A stretch of 62,023 nucleotides of DNA, counting the filler. It is 14 parts of 14 records of this genome, joined end to end, with 100 filler letters (N's around TTAATTAATTAA, not from the genome) between each part and the next. Parts side by side here need not be neighbours in the genome. Positions count along the whole stretch, not along the records: positions 9,602 to 14,101 come from SRR15195285_8561; positions 14,202 to 18,650 come from SRR15195285_8566; positions 18,751 to 25,180 come from SRR15195285_8567; 11 more parts are not named here. One strand, 5' to 3'. Below, in pieces: positions 11,145 to 21,843 of the stretch. The notes below the pieces were generated by a model that was given only the letters and a program-made list of their open reading frames with translations, did no database searches and was not told where the DNA came from. The position numbers were made by a program, and so were the translations under genes. Each line of letters starts with the position of its first letter. Within the stretch, counting starts at the first letter, position 1.

Positions 11145-14009
11145 TTATTGGTGGTGGTGCGATGCCGCTGATTGTCTAGCGGCAGCGGCCGTGACAGCTA
11201 AATCTGTGAAGGCGGTCGAAAGCGCTTTCTTCAAGTCGGAGTAGCGGACGATCATCAGTGACTTGTTGTCTCGTGACGCCTGCAACGCAGCATAGTGCAC
11301 ATCCCGCATCATACATCGCAATCGCGGATACTAGGTGGGTTCCAATTGGAATTTGTAGCCATTCAAGCGCGCATCTACACCAGGCAACCTACGACAGCAG
11401 TTTTCGCACCAGGAGAACCTTCTCTGCTGATCCGACTTCGAGCTTGTTGAGACACTCAATAACATGAGCGAGGTCAAGCACAGGCTTACCCTCCTCATTC
11501 ACCTGCAACGCAAAGCACACACTCTTATTGGCAGCCCTGAGAGACAGTGATGCCATGCTGTGTTGAACATGCCTGATGGAACACGTAGTCCCTGAAAAGC
11601 TTGAGCATGTATCGATCTCCTGTCTCCGACCAGCGTTCATCTCTGTTGTGTTCGGGCCGCTCGTTGATGAAACCGAGCTTCACCATCGAACGCACGATAC
11701 GACCGTTCTGCGTGCGGTGAAACAAAAGGCACGCAATATGCAGTCGGAAGTCTCCATCAGCCCGTGTACTCTTGCTCGAGTAAGGCGCGCAGGTTGGTTA
11801 GATCGAGTCGGCTCACGTCTAGCTCCTTGCTGAGTTGCTCCTCGAGCATCTCTCTATCATCCACTGATTCTTCTAGTGCTTCCATCGTGCGTGTCGCCAG
11901 CGAGCTCGCGAGGCCCTGGATGGTAGCTCCTTTTGTGAGCAGGTAAGTCAAGATATCCTTGAGCTCTGCAGAGTAATGCTGCGAAACATAGGCAAGCTGC
12001 TCCTGTGCGCCGCGGCTACCTGTGTGTGACTTGCAGGCGAGCTGCAGGATGACGTTGCCCACCGCCAGCAGGTCTTCGTATTGCAGCTCGGCGAGTGACT
12101 TCTTCCCAACGGACGCGAAGTTCAGCACATCCTTCAACCCGCAGCCATTCACTTTGATGCGATGAGTGTTGCGATCGATCAACAGCACCGAAGATAGATC
12201 GAGCATGCGGCAGGCACGACCGGCAGCGTGAATCGCACGGACTGCCGTCGCAATCTGCACCAAGTATGACCAGAGAATCCTTTCCTCAATCACAGCCTCT
12301 GGTGACGTAGGAAAGTATCGTGCTTCCAGGGATTCCGCGCCGGGGTGATAATCATAGACGAAGATTAGATCGTTGAGGTCGTCGAAGTCGCGCGAGGTTA
12401 TTATAGCACGCAAAGTTACTAAGTGCGGGTGCGGCATGATGGCTTGCCAAGAGCTCAGCGCGTTGTGGAAGAGCTCGTGGGCGAGCCGTGGTGTGTTATA
12501 GATCCGGCGCAACGTCCTGACGGTTATGCACACAGGTCAGGCCATACAGAACGCTCACGCTGTCTCGATACCAGGCGGTATCGAGACAGCGGTGTGGGAG
12601 TAGCACAATACTTACACGACTGTGGCATCCTTCATCGACATCGCCTTGAAGTGACACGTGTTCAACCCCAAGGTCTTCGACACTGCTTGCTCATCTAGCG
12701 GGTACAGAGAATGGTACTCCTCGTTGACCACCTGCGGCAGATCAGCCACTGCGGGGTGGTCCGAGTCCAGGTACGCTAGCGATATAGTGTACAACACAGA
12801 GCGCACGGCACGACAAACACAATGCAATGCAGCAGAACGATCACGTACTAGTAAGCACGTGAACAAAACCAGATTCGAACGCTCTCAAAAGACGTGCAAG
12901 TGCTGCATACCATAGCGAAGCTCGGTGTTACGCTGCATCATCTGTCTCCTCTGGTCCTCCATGAAGAAGCTGTTGAGCACGTGCGGTCGCGTCCTTGTGC
13001 GCAGCGCTGCACCGATGGTACCGGTCCGTGTAGCCCCTAGCCGCGCCTGCGGCGCTTCGTTGCCGGGTACCGGCACTGCCCCGATCACTGCCCCCGGTAC
13101 TACTGCCTGCTGCCCTCCTGCAGCTGCGTACTGAGCAGACGCGTATCCCTGCTGCTGCATGCTATGTGCTGCACCCATTGCAACGCCCGCACCATAGCCA
13201 GCCACTTGAGGTTGGGGATTGGCCGCGCCAGTCCAACCAGCTCCGGCGGCGCCGAACTCCCAGCCTGCATCCATCCCCTGCCCGGCGACACCAGAGCCTA
13301 TTCCACCTCCGCTACCGCCGGCACCACCGCCGCCGCTACCGATCACGCCTGTGGCCGCCTGCGGCACGCCATAAGCGCCCCCGCCGTGCTGCGCGGAGTA
13401 CCCCTGAGCCCCAAAAGCCTGTTGCTGCTGTTGCTGCTGCTGCAGCTGCTGCAGCTGCTGCAGCTGCTGCTGGCGAATCGCTGCTGCCCGCTGCTGCTGC
13501 TGCACGTACGCCTGCTGCTGTGCGTTCGGCGACCCGCCACCGCCGCTGCCCGCGCTGCCGCCACCCCCTCCACCGCTGCCGCCACCACCACCGCCACCAC
13601 CACCGCCGCCGCTACCACCGCCGCTCGCGATGACCTGGCGGCCACCACCCGCACCGCCACCTTTCATACTAATCGTGAAGTTTTGCATGCCTTGTGGCAT
13701 CTGCCCCTGGGGTGTCACCAAGGGCACGTGCACGCACGCGCGTGAGCACTCAAGAGACTGGCGCGCAGGCACGGCCGACACGTCGCAAGAGCACCTGGGT
13801 CGGCTCACCTGATATGCGCTGTACTGTGGATGCGGCGCGAAGCCCCCCTGGGCACCGGCGGCGGCGCCGCCGCTGCCCTGACCCATGTTGCTGCTTCCCC
13901 CGCCGCCTGCGCTCCCATGCTGTCCGCTGTGACCGCCGCCGCCGCCGCCGCCGCCGCGATGCCTTCGATGGCGACCACCGCCGCCGCCACCGCCGCCGCC
14001 ATGGGACAT
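11145..14009 (-). CDS. PAN3: PAN2-PAN3 deadenylase subunit PAN3 (pseudokinase + C-terminal knob); 7 exons, introns 13707-13808, 12776-12910, 12517-12615, 11708-11816, 11503-11572 (GC-AG), 11280-11409
   Basis: [80 protein letters not shown] and [13 protein letters not shown] are PAN3 hallmark motifs. Confidence 0.95.
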
Positions 14010-14223
14010 GCACGCCCCGCGTCACGCGACGCTGCGCTTCCACACCAGCGACACCAGAGCGAGCGAGCGAGTGAGCTCCGCTTCAGCTGCGGCAGGCGGC
14101 GNNNNNNNNNNNNNNNNNNNNNNNNNNNNNNNNNNNNNNNNNNNNTTAATTAATTAANNNNNNNNNNNNNNNNNNNNNNNNNNNNNNNNNNNNNNNNNNN
14201 NGGAAAACTCACTGAGAACTGCA

Positions 14224-14550
14224 GTGCACCACCGCTCTGACCACCTCGAGTCGCTGCGTTTTGTTGCGCATTGCTACTGCTGAAATTGGTGTTGTTTTCA
14301 CTCCGCGAGTGTTGAATTTCTGACCCACTATCCTGTATCCTCAAATCCGGTGACTGCAACAGTCGCTCAGTCGTTGGGAGTACTAAAGTATCACTGATAA
14401 ATACCGTGCACCCCTCTAATCACCTCGAATTCCTGCTTTTTCTCGCGGATTACCCGTTAAACTAGCATTGTTATGACTCTCCGCTGAGGATTGAATTTCT
14501 GACCCAGATTCTGAGATATATCCGGTGTTGCACTGCAACAGTCGCTGTGG
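14224..14550. repeat. Diverged tandem repeat, period about 180 bp (about 2 units)
   Basis: TTGAATTTCTGACCCA at 14312 and 14491; ACTGCAACAGTCGCT at 14353 and 14532; GTGCACC..CACCTCGA at 14224 and 14406. Confidence 0.75.
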
Positions 14551-14818
14551 CAATTTTCGCCTTACAATTTCGTTGTCATTTTCCTTCAAAAACCTCGTTT
14601 TGTATCTGAGATATGTACGAGATTGTAACAGGCGCGGTTCGACTGTTGCACCGGTGCTTTTTGAGCTGCAGGCGCTGGGGCTGAAGGCGCTGAAGCTGAA
14701 GGCGCTGGGGGCCGTGGTGCCCTTGGGGGGCATTGGGGGCATCCTCGGCAGCGCGGGAGGAGGGTTTGGCTCCCCGTCCCTCCCCTGCCTGGGGGAGAGG
14801 GGAGGGGGAGGGGGGGAG

Positions 14819-17800
14819 ATGGCGGATGTGGAGCCGGCGCAGGCGCTGAAGGACCGCGTTGCGGGGGAGCTGAAGGACTACGAGCGCGGCAGGGAGCTGT
14901 ACGCGAACCGGAAGTTCTTCGAGTATGAGCAGGCGACGACGAACGAGAAGAAGATCCTCGGGATGGTCGGGCAGTCCGAGCGCAAGGCGACGATCCCGCG
15001 CGCGGGGGAGTGGGTCGTGCAGGCGCCGCTCAAGGTCAAGGCCGGCCGGAAGTGGAACACCTCGCAGTCGCTCTCGGGCCTGGCGGACAGCCTGGACGGA
15101 AGCCAGTCGGGACCTGGCGGCAAGTCGACGCGGAGGAGGAGCAGGCAGCCGAGGCCCTTCCCGACGAGCGCGTCCGGCGCCACCGAGCTGCCCATGGAGG
15201 CGAGCGCGTCGTTCGGCGACATGGACCAGGAGTTCAGCCAGGTGGACTTCCAGGACGGCGGCGGGCGGGCGTCCGTCGCCGGTGCCGGCGACATCTCGCG
15301 GCTGCAGGCGGACAACGTGCTGCAGCGACGCTCCGCAAGCGCCACTCCGGCCCCCGTGCCGCTGTCGATGCCGGGCGAGAAAGGCCTGACGACGATGCTG
15401 CTTGATCCGCAGGAGGACCAGGTGTTCGCAACCACCTCGCTGCGCGACATCAGCAAGTCGCGCCGGCGCACGACGTCGGTCGCGAACTCAAAGATGGGCG
15501 CTGCACCAGTGCCGACGGAGGCGTTCTCCCGCCTGGCGTCCGACATGACGCGCATGGATGCCCTCGGGCAGGACGTGGACACGGAGGCCAGTCGTGTGTT
15601 CGACGGCTCGCAGCTAGACCTCGGCCCGCCGCCGCTCGACACTACGATCCATGACCCGAACGCCGTCAAGTCGCCGGTGCGCCGGATGATCAAGCGCGTG
15701 CAAGAGTCCGTCACCGACACCCCGTCGTTCTTTCCCCTCGGAAAGTTCGAGGACAGCGACCTGGAGTTCGTGGACGTCGCACAGATGATGGCGGAGGCAA
15801 GGGAGAAGCTGGAGGACGGGCAGACGCTCGCGGACGCGCTGGCCAACGACGGGCCGTCAACGGAGGTCGCGCCGCGCGCGCGGTCGCGCTGGTTCCTGTC
15901 AGACGGGAGCTGGACATGGGAACCTTGCTTCATCATCGATTGGAACGAGGCGAAGAACGAGTTCACGATCGAGTGGCACCCGGGCGTCGGGGACAAGGGC
16001 GGCAAGGGCAGGACAAAAGTAGTCTCACGGCTGAATCTTCTGCTTGACGGCGAAGACCCGCACCACATGGAGAGACGGCGTGATGTCGCGGCAGCCAATC
16101 GGCTTGAGGAGGAGCAGCGGCTGCGCTATCGCACCCGGCTGAAGTCAATGCCCCACCAGCTGGAGGCGTCGGAGCGACAGATGGGGATTATCAGCAAACT
16201 CATCGGCGAGCGCGTGCGTCGGCCCGACTACCTGTTTGAGCAGCTCACGCAAGAAGTGCAGGACGATTATTCCTACGTAGTGAACAAGCAGTGCTTTGAC
16301 GCTGAACTCCCGTTCACTGAGGCAGCTGCGGAGCTCCCAGCCCACGAAGTCGCGGAGAAAGTTGTGCCGGAGAAAGGGACCATCAAGGCACCCTGGCACG
16401 ACTTCAAAGGCAGGCTCGGCCAGATTGTCGCTACCCACCCTGCGGCAAATCCGCTCCTGCTCGATTCGACGCAGGCAGTCTTGAAAGAGATGGAGGATCT
16501 GAAAGAGCAGCTCATCTTGTCTGTCCCATCCACGCCTCTGGAGCTGGCTGATTTTGCGGAGATGCAGATTGACGTGCGAGCTGAGCTGATCTCTGATTGG
16601 AACAACAACTTGTTCAAGCGATTGGAGGATGCTGTACTCAACGCCTACAGCTCCGAAGGCACAGAGGACCTCGAGGACGAAGAGCAGGTAGAGGTCAAGA
16701 ACAACTACCTGCGCTTCATGACGATGATGAACATCTGGTATCGCGACTCGCTGCGGTTCCTGGCGACTGACTCTCTCGACAAGTACGCCGAGATGTTTCG
16801 GCGCCACATGGATGATTTTGAAGGCGATCCACTGGGACCTCGCGTAGAGTACAAGACCAACCTCGCGTTGTTCACACGCGGGCCCACACCTGCGGAGCTC
16901 CTCGACATGAAAGTCGCGCTCGCCCAAGCGACCGAGGTGTACAAACCATACGCCGAAGCTGATGCTAAGAAGGCTGCGCAGCAGAAGGGTAGCGACGACG
17001 AAGACGATGATGAGGAGGAAGAAGTCGACGAGGAAGAGCTAGCGGCAAAGAACGCTGCAGCAGAGGCGCTCGCGCTGGCGGAAAAGACACTGGCAGAGGC
17101 TGAAGCGAGCCTCGAAGCAGGCGTGCAATTCGTTCCGTCGCTGGAGGATTTCGCAGCTGAGGTCTGCTCCGGCCCTGTCAAGATTGTTGACACAGCGAGC
17201 AGCGCGAAATATGTGTCCATTCCTGTGTTCATGAGCGAGGGCCGCACGCTCGACCCGATTGGATCTGAGGAAGCGGTTGTTGTAAGCACCGTCGGCACCC
17301 TAGAGTCGGTGATGGCCGAGCTCAACAGCGAGCTCGATATAATTTCGGAGAAGTTTGAGCCCTATCTTGACCTCGTCACCATGGAGCCTGAGGTGCACGT
17401 CGAAGCCTTCTTAGCGACCAACCCAACAACAGAAGGTATCCATACTGAGCTTCAACGACTGTATGACTTGACACACGGCGTCGAGAGTGCCCTCGAAGAC
17501 TTCGAGCGGTTCCGAATGTACACGGTCAAATGCGATACAGTCAAGAAGACGTGCGCTGCCCGGGCACGGCTGGCTACTAAATTGTTGCTCGAAAAGCTCC
17601 GAGGAGCGATGGATGAAGCCAATGCAGACATCCGTCAGCGAACTACTGTGATCAAGGAGACTACCGAGCAGGTGTCAGACAAATGCGAGGAGACTTTTGA
17701 GCTCGAAACATACTCGAAAAAGATCGAGGGTGAGCTGGAAAGCCTCCAAGAGGAGATCGATGCTAGCCAGAAACAGATGGAGACACTGGTTCACTTCCAA

Positions 17801-18650
17801 TATGAGCTGAGTGACCTAGAGCTTACGGACTTCTGGACAACCGTAGGCTGCCCGGCCGACATCACCGGCATGCTCGAGGCAGCTGCTGGCCGCATCGCTG
17901 ATGAGAAGCGAGCATTCCTCGAACAGCTCGAGAAGGATAAGGCGAAGCTGGTTGAAGACATGGATGGCTATGGCGAGCAGATCGAGGCATTCGAGAAGTG
18001 TGGGCCAGAAAGTGATGTGGACGAGGTTGCTGATCGCATCACTGGCCTGCAGGACCTGATGACCGAGTGCAAGCACAGGATCGAGGTGATTAACTCGCGA
18101 GAAGAGTTATACGGCGAGGACCCTACCGACTATTCTGGGACTCTAGAGATGAATGTCGACCAGCTAGAACCGCACGCACTGCTCTGGCTCGCCTGCAGCC
18201 GATTTCGGGGTCAGCTTCCGCTGTGGCTGGATGGGCCGTTCAAAAACGTCAACGGCATGGAAGTGGAAGACAGTGTGGTTGAATGGATCAAGGAGCTCAA
18301 TAAGCAGGCGAAGGGTTCGTTTTCTGAGCTGGAGGAACCGATGAAGGTCCTCAATAATCTCAAAGAAGAGATGGTGGGGTTCAAGAAGAATTTGCCCATC
18401 ATCAACTCACTACGCAACCCAGGTTTGCGCCTGCGCCACTGGAAGTTTCTCGAGGAGAACTTGCCCTTGCCCACACTTGTGCAACAGGAGGGCGATGGTG
18501 CCCTGACACTGGCGTGGCTACTTGAGCAAGGGTTGACCGAAGATCCGAAGAAAATGGAGATCATCAACGACGAGAGTGAGAAGGCCACGAAGGAGTTCAA
18601 ACTTGAGCAGCAACTCACTCAAATGACAAAAATCACAAAAATCACAAAAA
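14819..18650 (+). CDS. DNAH1: Axonemal inner-arm dynein heavy chain, N-terminal tail (DNAH1-like), 3'-truncated
   Basis: DHC_N2-type motif LPIINSLRNPGLRLRHWK and SEKATKEFKLEQQL. FPLGKFEDSDLE, WEPCFIIDW and SRLNLLLDGEDP resemble the DNAH1 N-terminus. Likely start ATG 14819. Orthologue assignment is tentative. Confidence 0.85.
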
Positions 18651-19559
18651 NNNNNNNNNNNNNNNNNNNNNNNNNNNNNNNNNNNNNNNNNNNNTTAATT
18701 AATTAANNNNNNNNNNNNNNNNNNNNNNNNNNNNNNNNNNNNNNNNNNNNTCTGACTCTGGCTCTGGCTCTGGCTCTGGCATGATTAAATAGCCAGGATC
18801 AGAGCCAGCGCCTCAAATAGCCTCACAAGTGGCGCCACTTTTCAGCTCTCTGTGGCGTTGAAATCACTACGTACTGTGGCATTATCAGTAGTCACTCGCT
18901 GCAGCCCCACGGCCGCCGAAGAACGACGTAGGCAGACGCGACGCGCCGGCGTGGACGAAACTCGAGAAGCTCATCGAAGAAGCTACAGCTGTAGCGAACT
19001 AGGGGCGCCATCCTGTGGGCGCCTCGTCCGAGACGGCATTTCTCGGTCGTGCGCGCGCGCTCGCGCGCGGTCTATTCGAATATGTATAGCTATATATGAA
19101 TAGGACGCCGGACCCCGCGGCCGGGATACGATGACCGCGGTATGCAGAGTCCACGGGCAAACTGCGCACTCATGCCCTGCACTCATTCGTAAATTCGCAT
19201 TTAAGCGGCGGCCCTGATACTGTATGAATGGACAGCGCGCGAGACTCGTCATCAAGCTGCAGAATGAGCAGGCACGAGGCAGGAATCAGGAGACGTGCGA
19301 CAGACCAGCGAGACCTGCGACTTACTACTACTAGTAGATTAGTAGGCGTAATAATTTTACGAGGCGTGAACCGGCGACGTCTCGCCGCCGGCCGCGTACG
19401 TGGCCGCCGGCACCGACCGCGCGCGCGCGCATCGCGCAAGACGCGCCGGACGCCCGGCGCGGCAAGGTCACAGCAGTGGCACGAGAACAGCGACGGACGG
19501 GGACGCTCCCTCGCTCGGCTCTCGCTAGCGTGCAACAACAGTCGCTAATCCGGAGCAGT

Positions 19560-21692
19560 ATGGGAGCGAACAGCGTGTACAGCGAGTCCAGCGCGAAGGC
19601 AGGGTCTTTTACCGGCGCCGAGCTGCAGTCAGGTCGACATGGTGCTGTCGACCAGAGCAATGATGACAGTCTCGCGGAAGTAGAGGCTCAGCCGTCGAGA
19701 CACACCGAACGCTCCACCGGCTGTGGGCCGGCGCGGCAGAAGAAGCCCTCGCTGCAGCATCTCACTGCATCGCTTTCAGCCTTGTCGCTGAGCAGTTACG
19801 CTTTGGCGCTGAGAGCAAGTGCTCTGCACTTGCAGGGTCGCGACGAGGAGATCGACTCCGTACAGCTACTTGATGTGCTCGCCTCTACCACCGACACGGC
19901 GAAGCTGCTCGCCTCCTGCTGCCACCTGCTTCGGCAGGCAGGACGCAAAGGAGGCATGAGCAGAGAGAAGGTCGAAAATTTGCTCATTCCGCTCGGGTTC
20001 ACAAATGACCATATCCAGGTGCTGATCGAAGTGCTCGAGTGGGTGCGCAATGGATCTCCGGTTGATGCGCCGACGAAGTGCAAATCGTCCCCACCTGCTT
20101 CACTGCCGCCTGCTTCACCGACGGAGACTCCCACTACAGAAGAAACTGAAGTACCGTTGCTGGTCGCCGCCAAATGCTGCGAAGCTGAGCCACCGACCAG
20201 TCCAGACGCTGGCTCTACAGATCCCTGCCTGCAGCAGCAGATTCCAGCCGAGCCGGAAGAAGCGATCACACCACGGTCGCAAGCAGCCCTAGCCTCCAGA
20301 TATCTTGGTCGTTTGAGTCAGGTTGCAGAAGAGGCCGCACGAATTCAGGTCTTGGCGATGGATTACGATGCAAAAGCCGCCAAAATTCAGAGCCTGATCA
20401 GTGGGAAATGGGGCATGATGAATTGGAAGGATCGTCTGGACTTTCTGCACTCCTGCCCACAGGTGGAGCAAGCCACTGTAGCAGCACAGCGACGCACTAA
20501 GCTTTGCGCGAGGTTGCAGACAGGACCACCTCTCAATGCTTACTTGGTTGTAACGGCTTTCAACGGCAGCGTCCTCAAGCCACCCGCATGGCGAGAAGAC
20601 GAAGATCTGAGCCTCGATATTGGCGACATCGTTGTTTCCGTGGGATGCGCCCCATACGGCAACGGGTTCAAGAAGGGTTGGAGCGTCGGGTTCAAGGTGG
20701 GCAGCTGGAAGAGGCTCTCGACAGATTGGAACGCTAGTTGCATTGCCCCTAATGACGTGAAGATCTTCCCGAGCTGCGAAAAATATGTGCGGCGGCTGTG
20801 CAGTGACGACGTCGCCGAGCTGCCAGACCAGGTTCTCGATGCGCTCAGCAATTTCGACGAGAAATCAATGGATCCAACCCTCGGCTACAGTGCCGTGCCA
20901 CGCGTTAGTGTTGATGCCGTGGAGGTTACTGGGGCTGTGTGCCGCGCCTCTACATCTGTAGATACACTCGGTCGGCAGACCCAGAAAACAACTGCGTATT
21001 ACTCTGTACACTGCGTAGGGCCGGCAGGAGAATCGTGGACTGTACAGCGTCGATACTCTGAGTTTGAAAAGCTGCGCAACGACGTGCTCCAAAGCACGAC
21101 GATAGACAGTAACATTGCTGAGCTTTCCCGAGAAGATTTTGCCACCCTGAGCTTCCCAACCAAGCATTCAGCATTGCCTGGGAAGAAGCTGCGCGAGGCT
21201 CGGGTCCACGGATTCAATGACTGGCTTACCAGTGTACACGCCGCCACGTCTAAGGTCAAGCGCACTTCTAACGCGTACATTCTACTCCGTAGATTTCTAC
21301 GTCCAGATGCGCCCCTGAAACAGCGTTTCACGGGCTTCGAGCACAATGGGCAACGCTTTCCACAGCTGAATCTACTGGTGTATCCTGACACAGATGCGAA
21401 AGCGACCGCCGAGTACGTCGCAACGAAAGTTGGTATCCGAGCGATCTCCACCTTCGCGGGGCAGCTCTCCAAATTCATCACGGCGAACGGACGCTTAAGA
21501 TTGGAGGTCGATCATTTGGTGCCAGCCGGGCTAGGTGTCCAATATGTAATGATCCTGCCGAGCGACGGCTCTGCGCGGGCAGCTGTAAACAGATTCGCGA
21601 TGAGAGTGAAAGAAGAGTTCGAATTTGAGATCAGCGACAGCTGCCAGAGAGATATTGTTGACGAGGTCAAGCAGCGTATGCGTCGAGTCTGA
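19560..21692 (+). CDS. SH3- and PX-domain protein with N-terminal COMMD-like helical region
   Basis: PX: YYSVHC..WTVQRRYSEFEKLR..FPTK..R..GFNDWL. Divergent SH3: YLVVTAF..EDLSLDIGDIV..GWSVG..IFPS..YV. Single long ORF. Confidence 0.8.
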   Translation: MGANSVYSESSAKAGSFTGAELQSGRHGAVDQSNDDSLAEVEAQPSRHTERSTGCGPARQKKPSLQHLTASLSALSLSSYALALRASALHLQGRDEEIDSVQLLDVLASTTDTAKLLASCCHLLRQAGRKGGMSREKVENLLIPLGFTNDHIQVLIEVLEWVRNGSPVDAPTKCKSSPPASLPPASPTETPTTEETEVPLLVAAKCCEAEPPTSPDAGSTDPCLQQQIPAEPEEAITPRSQAALASRYLGRLSQVAEEAARIQVLAMDYDAKAAKIQSLISGKWGMMNWKDRLDFLHSCPQVEQATVAAQRRTKLCARLQTGPPLNAYLVVTAFNGSVLKPPAWREDEDLSLDIGDIVVSVGCAPYGNGFKKGWSVGFKVGSWKRLSTDWNASCIAPNDVKIFPSCEKYVRRLCSDDVAELPDQVLDALSNFDEKSMDPTLGYSAVPRVSVDAVEVTGAVCRASTSVDTLGRQTQKTTAYYSVHCVGPAGESWTVQRRYSEFEKLRNDVLQSTTIDSNIAELSREDFATLSFPTKHSALPGKKLREARVHGFNDWLTSVHAATSKVKRTSNAYILLRRFLRPDAPLKQRFTGFEHNGQRFPQLNLLVYPDTDAKATAEYVATKVGIRAISTFAGQLSKFITANGRLRLEVDHLVPAGLGVQYVMILPSDGSARAAVNRFAMRVKEEFEFEISDSCQRDIVDEVKQRMRRV

Positions 21693-21843
21693 GTGCGTTA
21701 TACAGAGAGTTTGTGAGTGAGCATGTGCGCTCTACTACCAGATTGTTGCGTTGGTAGTAGTGTAAACATGGAAGTTCAAGACTGAACAGCACAGCTACCA
21801 CAGTGTGTAGAGTCACTACAGCAACGGACTACATTGATTTGGT

